Source: Amoebidium appalachense
Taxonomy: Eukaryota; Protista; Ichthyosporea
DNA length: 64,000 nucleotides
Assembly (NCBI GenBank): GCA_963693365.1
Contig: CAVNZM010000019.1
Location: 165,621-229,620, forward strand
Direction: 5' to 3'
Positions 21,012 to 32,047 of the stretch are shown here, one piece after another. The notes under the pieces were generated by a model. The model was not told where the DNA came from and searched no databases. It saw nothing but the letters and a program-made list of their open reading frames with translations. Position 1 is the stretch's first letter; each line of letters begins with the position of its first letter. The position numbers and the translations under genes are program-made.

Positions 21012-21326
21012 CTAGCCTCTGACCAAGGAGTGTCCTAGGCAAGCGCCAAGGTCGACCAGCCCTAGGCCCGTGTAACCAAAAGCAATTGTGTTGTCAGGTA
21101 GATTTATGAAGTAAAAACAAGCACCATGTCTTGCCGCAGAAGTTTGGACTGTATTTAGACCGCTTATGATATGGTATCGTGCGTCGAATGAGGGGTTGAG
21201 GGCATCCAGGTCAGCCCGGATGGCCTCTACGTATTTTCTATACTGGCGCTCAAGCTCACGTTTTCTCCTCAGAACCTCCAAATCCATGATCGTGTCTAAG
21301 TCCATAGCGAATGCAGAAATGAACAA
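21012..21326 (-). CDS. hypothetical protein
   Basis: 104-aa ORF with a TATA-like motif upstream near 21347. Confidence 0.5.
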   Translation of the reverse strand: MFISAFAMDLDTIMDLEVLRRKRELERQYRKYVEAIRADLDALNPSFDARYHIISGLNTVQTSAARHGACFYFINLPDNTIAFGYTGLGLVDLGACLGHSLVRG

Positions 21327-21385
21327 ATAAACAGATATTGATCGCTTTTATAGGTTGAGTGCCCTGTCATCCACAGAAAACCAGA

Positions 21386-22723
21386 TCACACCAGCCGAAT
21401 ATCATCCTCTCCGTAAACTTCCTTGAACGCATTTGAGACGCGTACATAGTCCGCGGCAAACATCTCCCGCTTGTTCCCAACTGCACACCTCACCGGCTTC
21501 AGTTGGTTCTGCACCAGTTTCTCGAACTGCTCGGCCTCCTTCTTGTTGCGGTGGGGCATGCACAGGATGATAAGCTCCTTCATGTCGTGAGACCAGAGGT
21601 CATACTTGTAGCGTTCGAATAGAGAGTTCCCTGTGTGTCCAATCTTGATGTAGCCGTCGATGTGCAGTGCGTACACACACGCCCCTGCCGCCGCCTTGAG
21701 AGACCACTCGAAGTTCAGCTGCCGCCAGGCCACAAAGTGCACATCCAGTCCCTTGAGCTCGGCCTTCATCTCGCGCACAGCCTTGACCATGGCAAGCGTG
21801 GAGTCGATGCCCCGCTGTATTGTGTCCTGTTTGGCTTTCTCGGTACGCTCAGCCTCCTCGGCGCGCTTGACAGCGGCGAGCGCTTCGGGGTTGTCATTGG
21901 TACAGAAATCGCGATGTACAGTAACCACAAAGTGGTGCAGCTGCTTCATGGCCGTGTCAAAATCAACCCCGGGTTTGAACCAGCGATCCGGATCGAGCAT
22001 GGCATCCAGTGTGCTTCGTTTGACCACTGCCGACTCTGCGTCCTCTTCTCGCTCACGCTTCCGGGACCCCTCGTCCATGTCGATGGTCACGGACCGAGTC
22101 CTGCATCCATCACCTCGTCCCTGGTCGGCAATGCGAATCAACTCGGGGAAGAAGTCCATCTGGCCCAGGTGCGACTTTACCATCACCCCGTCCCAGAACT
22201 GGCGCAGGTCGGGAAAGCAGTAGCGCAGAAAGGGGGCGGTCAGCTCGAACGCCATCCAGGTGCCACGAAACATCTCGAGGGTGGGTGTCAGGACATGAGT
22301 TGCGAACCCTTTTATATCGGGCTGGACTTGGGGGATCCTCTTAATTTTTGAGTGTTCAGAACGAACCAGCCAATCAGAGGAAAGTAGGGGCACCCCTTCT
22401 TTCCCCCCTACATTCCTTGTTTCCAACAATCTGGCAATTTCCGAAACAGTTTTTTCGTTGTCCTTCTTCCAATCCACAGGGCTCTTCTTCACGCCCGCCT
22501 CCTCAGCCCCCTTGCCCGCCGAGTACCCGGCGTTGAAAAACACGTGCCCGTCGAACTTGCTGAGCCACGTGAGCACCCTCTGCCCGTCGGGCGCGTAGAA
22601 CGGGCGCACCCCGGGCCAGTCGGGCACGGACGAGGTGTCGACACGCGCCTCATTGCCAGGAGCGGGCTTCCAGGTGGGCCCGATGACGGGAGTGGAATAG
22701 GGCGGGGGGTTGTACCGTGCCAT
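21386..22723 (-). CDS. KilA-N plus T5orf172 (GIY-YIG-like) domain protein
   Basis: FFNA..PVDW..RGTWMAFEL..FLRYCFP (KilA-N-like); VYALH..YIKIGHT..R..E..REMF (T5orf172/MUG113-like). Confidence 0.7.
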   Translation of the reverse strand: MARYNPPPYSTPVIGPTWKPAPGNEARVDTSSVPDWPGVRPFYAPDGQRVLTWLSKFDGHVFFNAGYSAGKGAEEAGVKKSPVDWKKDNEKTVSEIARLLETRNVGGKEGVPLLSSDWLVRSEHSKIKRIPQVQPDIKGFATHVLTPTLEMFRGTWMAFELTAPFLRYCFPDLRQFWDGVMVKSHLGQMDFFPELIRIADQGRGDGCRTRSVTIDMDEGSRKREREEDAESAVVKRSTLDAMLDPDRWFKPGVDFDTAMKQLHHFVVTVHRDFCTNDNPEALAAVKRAEEAERTEKAKQDTIQRGIDSTLAMVKAVREMKAELKGLDVHFVAWRQLNFEWSLKAAAGACVYALHIDGYIKIGHTGNSLFERYKYDLWSHDMKELIILCMPHRNKKEAEQFEKLVQNQLKPVRCAVGNKREMFAADYVRVSNAFKEVYGEDDIRLV

Positions 22724-22977
22724 GGCGGAGGTGGTTTAGACTGGCGTTTGTCGCCCTTTTATACCTTCGAGGAGGGTGGTGGTCGTGTACCGGACACGAG
22801 GCAAGAAAACAAACCCCCCAAAGCCCGAGGAGGAGAGCAGCGTGGGTGCTACTGTCCTCACTGAGGGAGAGTAGCTCGTGGAGGTATTGTCCTCAACCCG
22901 AGGAGAGGCGCTCGTGAGCGCAGGTCCTCCTTTGGGGTCTACATAGAGGAGTAGGACCATCCCTACTGTCCCTTTCT

Positions 22978-23235
22978 CTACAAACCCCCCTTTGTGATTT
23001 CCAGCGCCAGGATCAGCAGCAGCAGCAGCACGATGAAGTCAAGGCGCCTGAGCACGGGGTCACGCGAGAACCAGCGCCCCCCGGGCTGGGTAGCCCCACG
23101 TAGGTAGCCTATGCCTGGACCACCGTGTGTGCGCGCCACGCGGCCTGGATGCCGCTGCACGTCGGTGGTGATGGGCGGGAACAGGGCGTCCAGGGGGTTG
23201 TCGACGTTGAAGTTGACCGAGTTGTACAGACTCAT
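22978..23235 (-). CDS. small C-terminally anchored membrane protein
   Basis: ends LDFIVLLLLLILALEI. Confidence 0.5.
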   Translation of the reverse strand: MSLYNSVNFNVDNPLDALFPPITTDVQRHPGRVARTHGGPGIGYLRGATQPGGRWFSRDPVLRRLDFIVLLLLLILALEITKGGL

Positions 23236-23237
23236 TG

Positions 23238-24152
23238 CTACAAGCGCCGTGCAAAATCTGCGAGAGTGCCCGAAGCCACATGGACAATGACCTCGTTTTG
23301 CCGGCCCTGGATCCACACGCCCTCCGCGACCTGCTGCGGGGGCGGCATACCGCGGTCAAGCAGCTGGCCCTGCACGCGCACGGTCTCGCTGCGCAGCCAG
23401 GTCACGGTGGGGGATGGGTGGGTGGTGGCGGCCTCGTCGAGCATCTCCTGCAGCCGGCGCAGGTTGGTCTGCACCTCGAGCTGGAAGCGGCTGCCCTGGT
23501 TGCAGATGCTGCAGAACTCGTCAAACAGCCGCGAAAGCGCAATGTGCGCCTCGACGGACACGTTTGAGTAGGGGTCTGCGGCGTGCAGGCGCTGCAGCTG
23601 CTCGGAAATGCGGCTGACCAGGTCCGCCAGCATCCGGTCAACGAGCACCATGGCGTCGTGCTCGATGACGGCGGCCATCTTGGTGCGCGTCAGGTTCTCG
23701 GTGCGCAGACGCACACACAGCGCAAACACAAACCCGGTGCACTGGTCCAGGCGTGCGAGCTCGGCTGCGCTGAAGGGGGTGTTGGCAAACGGGTCACGGA
23801 GGTTGCCGGTCTTGCTGATGTAGTCGGCCAGGGTGGCCGCATCGCATCCGTACACGTGGCCAGCGCGCGTGTACTTGAAGCAGTCCCGGGCCAGCGGCTC
23901 CAGAGAGAAAGGGTCGGTGTCGTTGGTGAGGTTGGGTGGGCGCCTGCGCAGGAAGTCGAAGACACGGAACACGCGCCGGAAGAGCAGGCGCAGGCCCGGC
24001 ACGGCCTGTACAATCGAAACCAGTTCTGCGTGCCTCTTGTGCGTGGGCAGGGCAAAGCCTCCGTAGCGCCTGGCGATGTAGCAGATCATTTCCTTTCGCA
24101 CGTTCACCAGCCTCCCCTCCACCATACCAGCACGCGTCAATAATCGGGTCAC
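23238..24152 (-). CDS. NCLDV-type protein with a U-box-like motif
   Basis: NDTDPFSLEP..YGCDAATLADYISKTGNLRDPFANTPFSAAELARL. Confidence 0.5.
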   Translation of the reverse strand: MTRLLTRAGMVEGRLVNVRKEMICYIARRYGGFALPTHKRHAELVSIVQAVPGLRLLFRRVFRVFDFLRRRPPNLTNDTDPFSLEPLARDCFKYTRAGHVYGCDAATLADYISKTGNLRDPFANTPFSAAELARLDQCTGFVFALCVRLRTENLTRTKMAAVIEHDAMVLVDRMLADLVSRISEQLQRLHAADPYSNVSVEAHIALSRLFDEFCSICNQGSRFQLEVQTNLRRLQEMLDEAATTHPSPTVTWLRSETVRVQGQLLDRGMPPPQQVAEGVWIQGRQNEVIVHVASGTLADFARRL

Positions 24153-24370
24153 AACCTCGAACCTACAAACACGTCGATATCGTGACGAGAGAACGGCTTG
24201 TTTCTGTAGCGGCGTGTCACTTGGGCCTCCAGTCTGCGAGTGGTGGCGTTGTCCACGTTGCTGCGGCTTTTATACTTACGCATCACGGCGCTGAAAATGC
24301 GCTGGAGGTTGCGGTTGCCAGTCAGGCGGAGGAGGCCGAACCGTTTGAGCTTGCGCTTGGCGAATGGCAT
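24149..24370 (-). CDS. small basic protein
   Basis: 73 aa, R/K-rich; its stop overlaps the next start. Confidence 0.45.
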   Translation of the reverse strand: MPFAKRKLKRFGLLRLTGNRNLQRIFSAVMRKYKSRSNVDNATTRRLEAQVTRRYRNKPFSRHDIDVFVGSRL

Positions 24371-27300
24371 AGTGCCAGGTGAAATTATTTACGGGCGTGG
24401 ACATCTGCGACTGCGGGTTGGGGAACGGCGAGGGCGGGGGCGGTATCAGGTAGGCATGGCTCAGCGGGGGCCTGGCGGAAATTGCCTGCGCCTGTGTGTT
24501 AAACCGGAGCTGCTCGGGGGATGGCATGTGCGGGAAGGGAGTCCCGGGCGAACCCAACGTGTTCGTGGATGGGACAAAGGACAGTGGCTGCAGCGGGATT
24601 GCGGGCCGTGGCAGGATACGCCTCGGTCCGGGATGAGCTCTCCCTGGAGACCACATCTGGCTGTAGGCTGTACCCAAAACGCTTTGACCTTCCGGGGGCT
24701 GCTCAGTGCGCGACCGCTTGGCCCCACCGCCCGGGCCGGAGACCTCATCCTGGTCTTCAGACCGCGTACGCTTCCGGGGAGATCGAGGAGGCGGTGCAGG
24801 CGTCGGCGGGTCCAAACTCATGGGGGTCATGGGGTTGTAAGAGTCCAAACTCGCGGGGGTCAGGGGGTTGTAAGAATCCAGGTCCATAGGGACCTGAGGG
24901 TTCAAGTACTCGCGCTGGTGGATGGCCTGGTTCGGGTCGGGCGCAGATTGGGGCGGGTCGGGGACCTTTTCCTTTTCCTTCTCCTTCGCGGCTTCTTTTG
25001 CTCTTGTGCTGACACGCTTGTCGTATATGGCCGCAAACATAGGGTTTATGTTGTCCGTAGCACTCACGCGGCCCGCTTTGCTCCGCAGATGGTCCAGATC
25101 ATCGCGGACTTTCATGCTCTCGTGCAGTTCGGCCTTCAGTTTCTCGTTGAGGGCCGCCAGCACTTTATCCGCCCTGTCTCGGGCGGCCTGGAGGACCGCG
25201 GGATTGGACGTGAGGACCTCTGGAAGCACAGGGGTGGCTGGGGCCTGGGGCTTCACAGGCTTCTGCTTGGCAGGACGCTGTGTGGCTACCAGCTCCTTCC
25301 GCTGCCAGGCCTTTGGGTCCGTGCTGAACAGCTGCCATCGGGGATCTCCGGTGGTGGGGGCGGTGCGCGTGTACGCACGCGCCAGGTCGGTGGTGGCGTG
25401 CCCCCTGTTGAGGGCATCGATGACGGCCGTGCGTCCCGTTTCGGTCAGCCGCCACAGGGCGCCGGCGTGGCTGATAAAGCACGCGGGGTTCTCCAGTATG
25501 CTGTTGCGCAGGCGGCGCAGCTGGGACCGTGGCCAGTTCGGGTTATCGGGCCACTTGAGGGGTTTGTCCTGGGGGTTTGTGATCTTGACAACGCGAGTGT
25601 AGATGGTGCCTTCTGGTGCAAAGAAGCCCATGCGGTCCTTGCGGATGTTGGCGTTGCGGGTGATGTTGATGGGCAGACCATAGCCGCACTTCTTCATCCA
25701 GTTGACGATGTAGTCCGGGTTCCGCTCGATCAGTGAGCAGCCGTCCTGGATCAGCTTGCGAAGGTGGTAGTAGGTCTTGGGGTAGTGGGAGCGCACGTGC
25801 TGCTTGACAAAGCCGATGGCCAACTCGGCGACGTTGTACTTGGAGTTGTAGGGGGGGAGCCACTGGAAGCGCCAATGCTTGCTCACGGCGAGCTGCCTGA
25901 TGTCCGGCAAGTTTTCCTTGGTGTTGTGCACGGGGGCGTTGTCCATGCACAGGATTGCGCCGTTCGTGCGTGGGTCGGCCCCCAGGACGTACTCCAAGAA
26001 CACGTAGAACGCACGACCGTCAAGCTCGTCAGGCACCAGGCTTTCGTTGGAAAGCTCGGCTTGGGGCTCGCGGCCGTGGGGGGCGAGAGGCCGGTAGTTG
26101 AACAGCGGGTCGTCGGACGGCCGAGGACTGAGAATCAGGTAGTTGACCACGGCCCGCATGTTTCCATCGTTGTCCGCCTTGGGGAACCCCACGGAAATCA
26201 GCAGCTTTGTGCCGATGCCGCGCAGCTTGGGCTTGGGGGTTTTGTGATGCGAGCCGCGGTGCCCCCACACGCGGCCAGGGGTCTCATCCAGGTACACGGA
26301 GGCCTCGTCGATGAAAAGCAGATTCTGGCGGTTGTCCTGCAGGTGTGGCAAGCGCTCGACCTCAAAGTACTGGGTGGCGGCAGCCACGGACCTTACAAAG
26401 GTGTTTGTCGGGTCGCCCTCCCCACGGCGGTACGTCAGCCCAAGCCGCTTGCGCCACTTGTTGAGCGTGGACACCGACACGTTCATGCGCTCGGATTCGG
26501 GCAGGCCAGGCAGTGCGTTGTAGGCGGCCATGAGCTTCTCGCTGGTCAGGTTGGGTACCTTGGTCGTGAGCTCGTAGAGCACGATCTTCTGTGTGTCCGT
26601 CAGCTTGGTGGATTTCTCATGGGCCCTTGCGAGGTTGGTGCCGTGCCGGCTGCTGAACTCGCCGTGCTTGAGGGCACGTGCTATTACCCGCCGCACGGTC
26701 TGCGTGCTGACCTTGAGCCTCTGTGCGGTGTCCGTGAGCCTCTCGTCCCGCAGGTGCGCAAGCAGGATGGCATCGCGGATGTCCTGCGTGTATGCCTTCC
26801 CACGGCCCAGGCGTCCTACGGGCTGTTCGGCAGTTCTCAGCGTGTGCACTTCGACGTCTGCGGGCAGGGGCTGTGCGAGGGGTTCCTCCCCGTACCAACG
26901 CCCCCCGGCACCAGCAGCAGGCGGGCGCCCCCGGGGCCCACCACCCACAGGGCCTCCTCTGCCCCCAGGGCGACCTTGTTGTCGGGGAGGAGCCTCAGCG
27001 TGAAGGAGCCTTTCGATGCCACGGTGCTTCGGGATGGCAGGGGTTCATAGACCACGGAGCGGACAGGCGAAGGGCTGTCAGGCGCGTCGACGTTGAGAAG
27101 ATCACCTGTGGACTCCAAGGGCATCAGCCGCTGGCGCTCCAGCTGGTACAGCGCCAGAGGGGGGTTTCCCCCGGGCTGGGGTGGGTAGAACCCCGCGACC
27201 GTGGCCTTAGACTTGTACACAACGGGCCTGCCCGTGTGCTCGATGACGTGCATCGCCACGAGCATTGCGCGCGGGACAAAGCGGTCGAGCCTGACGACCA

Positions 27301-28686
27301 GGTACGTCATCGGCCGGAAGTGCTTGGAGATGTGCGGATCCACAAACACGATCCCGCACACCGAGTCCGTAATGTCGGATGTTGTGTTGACGGCGGTGCC
27401 CGGCGACCGGGGCCTCCCGGCGGTGTACAGGCCCGCAAGCTGCTCCCGCTTCCGGTCGGCCCAGGCGGCGATGGCCGTGCGAGCGTTGTCCGGGCTCACG
27501 CCCAGCGCATGTGCAACCGTGGCAAGTTCCTGGGCGGTGGAGTCGGCAGTGGTGGGTGTGGGCGCCTCTGCTCTTCGGCGGGTCGAAACGGCATTGGCAA
27601 CAAGACGGCTGCGGGCGTCATCGAAACGGGTTTCTGAGAGCTCAGGCCGGCCGAGATCGGCGTAGAAGCGTTTGTGCATCTCCCTTTCATCATCGATGCT
27701 GGTGGCTCCGGGGGGGCGTGTGACCCGAGGTGAATACGCTTACCATCTCGAAGGTCAAGATCCTGGTCATCGGCAAGGGCCCGCAGGATGTGCTGGACAC
27801 GGCCGTAGTACTCCTGCCCTGAAAGGTCGCGCGCAACACTCATGGTCAGTTCCTTGAGGGCCTGCCGCATGGTCGCACGATCGGTACCGGCTGCGCGCAG
27901 CTCCTTGGCCAGCTTTGCACGCTCGGCGATGAGTGTCTGGAGCGCGTGCTTGTAGGGGTAGGCCCGTTCGTCGTCCTCGCGGTGGACTCCTTCCACAAAC
28001 TCAGGCCGTGGCAGCCCGGGCACCATCAGGGCGAGCGCCTCGAGCATGTTGGGCTCTCCGGGATCATCGGAGTCTTCCGGCGCTTTGCCCTCCTTTGCTT
28101 TCTGGGAATCCCTTACGTTTTTTCCAGCTATGCGCTGGGCCTCCGCAAGGGCGGCATACGCCATTCGGATGCGCTCGGGATGGTCCGGTGTCGTGGGGTG
28201 GCGTGCCTTCCGATTTTCCACCTCCTTGGCGAAAAGCGCGTGGCCCCTAGAGTCCGTGACACCCTCGAGCTTGACCAGGCGCGGCGTGCTTGTGCGAACA
28301 TACGCCTTGCTCAGTATCCCCTGAACGTTCTCGGCAGTTACACGGGCATCATCGAGGGGTTCTTGGGTCAGGTCCTTGCCTGCAAGCTCCTCCCACCAGG
28401 TCTCGGATCGGGACGGTGGGGTTTGCGTAGGCGGGGCGGGTGCGTACATGGGATCACGGACGCGGAATCGCAGGTTCAGATTGCCATCCCTGGCCTGCCT
28501 ATCGGTGCCGGTGTTGTATGACGGGTGACGCGGGTCCTGCACCAGCTGTGCGAGGGGGAAAGGGTCATCGGCTCGGGATTCTAGAAAGAAGCGGCCAGGA
28601 TTCTCGGCACTTGGCCAGGCATCGGCCACGACTTTATTGGACTGAGTGTCCACCACAACATACCCCGGTCTACGGGACCGGTCCAT
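24276..28686 (-). CDS. giant protein (about 1450 aa) with a central IS630/Tc1-like HTH and DDE transposase/integrase domain
   Basis: AYTQDIR..LKVSTQTVRRVI HTH; LFIDEA / CMDNAPVH / LPPYNSKYNVAE triad; ORFs 27496..28686, 26837..27679 and 24276..26948 join at homopolymers near 27713 and 26903. Confidence 0.75.
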
Positions 28687-28705
28687 GCCCCAGGCGTGGA
28701 AAATC

Positions 28706-29491
28706 TCACAATGGGCACAGATGGAAGGCTAGGACGCCTAAGTCACTGACGGCGTACTCGAATCGGATGAGCTTGTTACTGGACATGTGTATCCTGACGT
28801 TGCTGTTCACGCACGCGCCCTTGCAGAACGCGCTGAGATACTTGACCATGAACTGCGCCTTGACCTTCTCGATCGGGACCTTCTTGAACTCCACACCCGT
28901 GGCTTTTCCCCTTCTGATCTTCAGCGCGTCCTCTCCCTTTTCGGGGATGTCTATCCTGCACTTCCCCAGCGCGCCCAGCGCACGCAGCCGGAGCGTGCGA
29001 TCCGCGACAGTGATCTTCACGACATTGGACACGGCCTGGATGTCCCTCAGGTAGCGCGCAAGCTCCTGGGCGTCGATGACAAAGACACAGTCGTAATCGA
29101 GCGATGGGGCGTCGAGGATTTGCCGCACCTCCTTGACCAGGGTCATGTTGTACACGATGCAGCTGCTGTCATCGGTGGTCTCCATCTTGACCTGCAGGGT
29201 GTCGTCCGTGGCGGTGAATGCGATGCTGTTGAAGCGGTGGGCGGTGGCGTTCTTGACGATCTTGTACAGGTTCTGGATCTCGAACGTGGCGGTCACATCG
29301 TTGGGTACGTCGAAGATCTCAAACTTGTCGGGGTGCAGCTTCATGTAGACGTAGGCCTTCTTTGCATTGTCAACTGCGGGCAGAACAAAGCCCTCCTTCC
29401 CACTGAACAGCACGGTCACCTCGCCGAGGATGTCCTTGACGCTGTCGATGGCGCATTTGAACGTGTTGACTTGCACGGTCTTGACGAGCAT
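28706..29491 (-). CDS. PCNA: PCNA sliding clamp
   Basis: FKCAIDSVKDIL..AVDNAKKAYVYMKL..FMVKYLSAFCKG..V.IHMS..IRFEYAVSDLGVLAFHLCP; 261 aa. Confidence 0.92.
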   Translation of the reverse strand: MLVKTVQVNTFKCAIDSVKDILGEVTVLFSGKEGFVLPAVDNAKKAYVYMKLHPDKFEIFDVPNDVTATFEIQNLYKIVKNATAHRFNSIAFTATDDTLQVKMETTDDSSCIVYNMTLVKEVRQILDAPSLDYDCVFVIDAQELARYLRDIQAVSNVVKITVADRTLRLRALGALGKCRIDIPEKGEDALKIRRGKATGVEFKKVPIEKVKAQFMVKYLSAFCKGACVNSNVRIHMSSNKLIRFEYAVSDLGVLAFHLCPL

Positions 29492-29579
29492 GGTGGGGGA
29501 CTGACGCTGAACGTGCCGGCAACGCTGTTTTTATACCCTTGGGGGCCCGGGGGTTGGGGCTTTTTTCTATACAACCGGT

Positions 29580-30410
29580 ATGAATTCTGGATCCATGGAC
29601 CGCACGCTGCTGTACATGGGCATCATCGCAGCTGGCTTCTACTACTACAACAAGAGGGCGTCGGCATGGCCAACAGCACCTACGTTCCAGCCTGAGGACA
29701 GTGACCCGGGGCAACAGCCCGGAGGCAACAACGACCCTGGCATGCAGTGGGGGCTGCAAACCTCCGACAGCCCATTTGACCGAGACCTGGCACTTGCATA
29801 CCGGGACAGTGCTAGGGGGTTCGACGACGATACCGTCGCCATGGGCAACCAGGAGTACTTTGGAGACGAGGAGGACGAGTACGTGCTCGGCTACGACGAG
29901 TACGCCACGGCCGACGGCGGGGGCACGGTCGTCAACACGGGCAACGGGCCAGTTACGGTACCGCAGGCGCCTCCTTCGACGCGGGCTGTGCAGCAGGCTT
30001 CGGTGGTTCCCTCAGGCACACCGTCAGCGCTCATCGGCGCGCCCGCACGTCCGGCTGTGCACCCCAACCTTGTGCAGACCGTGCATCGGGCAGGGCCAAA
30101 CGTCAGCAACTCCACCATGGACGCGATCTCACAGATCCGGGGCACGGGCCTCTTCACGGGCAGCGAGATGCGGCCGCGTGAGAGGCTGAGCGTGGCGAAG
30201 CTGACGCCGCAGGAGGTGCTTGCCGCCACGACACGTCCCCGCAACGTGGCGGCACCCGCCGTGTACAAGAAGAACGGCAACCTTCAGCTACGACCCGACC
30301 CAGCGATCCACAGCGCCGGGTTGGACAACCTCCCGTCCATCAGCACACAGCGCGACCTCAGGCAGCGCGAGTCGTTCTCAAACGAGCTGGCGTCGACACT
30401 GCTTTTTTGA
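29580..30410 (+). CDS. P11-like minor capsid protein
   Basis: N-terminal TM helix, disordered middle, C-terminal KNGNLQLRPDPAI motif resembling NCLDV NANLQLRSEPP. Confidence 0.55.
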   Translation: MNSGSMDRTLLYMGIIAAGFYYYNKRASAWPTAPTFQPEDSDPGQQPGGNNDPGMQWGLQTSDSPFDRDLALAYRDSARGFDDDTVAMGNQEYFGDEEDEYVLGYDEYATADGGGTVVNTGNGPVTVPQAPPSTRAVQQASVVPSGTPSALIGAPARPAVHPNLVQTVHRAGPNVSNSTMDAISQIRGTGLFTGSEMRPRERLSVAKLTPQEVLAATTRPRNVAAPAVYKKNGNLQLRPDPAIHSAGLDNLPSISTQRDLRQRESFSNELASTLLF

Positions 30411-30427
30411 ACGAAATAAAGGGGGGG

Positions 30428-30712
30428 ATGAAACCCCCCCCCCCCCCCCTTCCCCAAGATGCACCGACCGTGTTCTCCCCCCGAGCAGCCCGATCAGCCC
30501 GCACCATGTTCTTCTCGAACCAGAGAGAACAGGACGGCGGGCGCGACCCTTTGGCCCGCGAATTCGTAGAGAAAACGGTCCTCAGCCCCACCATGTCTCC
30601 CGCGGACAAAGAGAACACCGTGGCACCCGTTGCAATGTCTCCGAAATTTCTAGAGAACAGGGTCGTGGGGTTGACCCTGTTCGCCCTGTCCAGGACCGCT
30701 TTTATTGAATAA
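30428..30712 (+). CDS. small hypothetical protein
   Basis: ORF whose stop lies inside AATAAA. Confidence 0.4.
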   Translation: MKPPPPPLPQDAPTVFSPRAARSARTMFFSNQREQDGGRDPLAREFVEKTVLSPTMSPADKENTVAPVAMSPKFLENRVVGLTLFALSRTAFIE

Positions 30713-30816
30713 AGGAGCCCCTCCCGGAATATAGGCAAGCAAAATATTCGATCAGTGGATTGCATGATTATCATCGGCGCTGTAAGCAAATGTTGCGTTG
30801 CAAAGAACTGGTGTGC

Positions 30817-32035
30817 ATGGAGCAGGCACTCGTGCCCCACTCCATCTCATTCGACACGGGCACCCTGAACCTCGAGGATGCGGCAGCGTGCGTGGCCCAA
30901 GTCCTCCCCTACTCCGTTCCGGTTGAGGGGCCGTGCGCGGGGCTGACGCTGGGCGCGGCGGTGGGGGTCCTGAACAGCGCGCTGACGGTCAAGGACGATA
31001 ACGTGTTGTCCACGGTGAATGAAATCAACGCAACATTGAGAAGCCATCAAGCTAGTCTGGCTCTCAAGGCTGAGAAGACTGCACTGGCAGCGCTTGCCGA
31101 GGTGGTTAATACAAAAGCAGATGAAGTTAGTGTGGCGGAGCGCCTAGACCAGAAAGCAGATAAGATCACGATCGACACAACTCTCGATGGCATCACGCAG
31201 GAGTTTGGTGACCGGTGCACAAACATCGAACAGCAAGTCCTTCTAAAAGAAGAGAAGAGTGTTGTGGCCCAGCTCAGAACTGAGTTCAGCAACCGGACGG
31301 CCTATGTTGATGGTGAATTGGAGACTAAAGAGACCAAGTTGGTCGTTGCACAGCTCAGAGAGGACTTCACGGATCGTACCGCCTATGTAAATGCTGAACT
31401 CGCCACCAAGGAGACCAAGGCCATTGTTGCCCAACTCCGAAGCGATTTCACCGACAGGACCACCTACGTTGATGCACAATTGCTCAGCAAGGCCAGTGTG
31501 AACACCGTGCAAGCGCTGCAAACCACAGTAGACACGCACAGCACCGCCCTGGTCGCAAAGGCCGAGAAATCATTTGTCGACGAGTCTCTTGCTGAAAGCG
31601 GACAAGGTGGTGGTTGACCAGCTGCGCGTCGATTTCACAGAAAGGACCACCTACGTTAACGGGGTTTTGGTCACCAAAGCGGACTCAACCACAGTTCAGG
31701 CACTCCAGACGACCGTCAACACCCAAGGAACGACCCTGGCCGCAAAAGCTGATAAATCCTATTGTGATAATCAATTGAACACAAAAGCGAACACCAGCGT
31801 GGTCGGCACCTACACCACCCCCACCACGGGCCCCGCCGCCACCAAAACCACCATCTCAGCCGCCGTGCTCGCGCTGAACGCGAGCGCCCCGCCGGCCAAC
31901 GTGGGCACGTGGGCCGCGCCGACCGTGGGGCCCGCCGCGGGCAAGGCGACGATCGCCGAGGCCGTGCTGGCCATCAACGACCATGTGGACCGGCTGACGT
32001 CGGCGCTCGAGGCGCTGGTCGCCCGGCTTGAGTAA
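30817..32035 (+). CDS. fibre shaft-like coiled-coil protein (frameshift near 31585)
   Basis: 27-aa (81-bp) repeats KETKxVVAQLRxDFTDRTAYVxxxL and KADKS(Y/F)xD units typical of viral fibres. Confidence 0.65.
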
Positions 32036-32047
32036 AGTCTGACAAGT

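Noticed and set aside
24276-26948. Autonomous IS630/Tc1 transposon
   Set aside because: No TIRs or TA duplication seen, and the reading frame continues far beyond transposase limits.
26900-27720. Programmed ribosomal frameshifting
   Set aside because: Breaks fall at plain G/C runs in many unrelated genes, which fits sequencing indels better.
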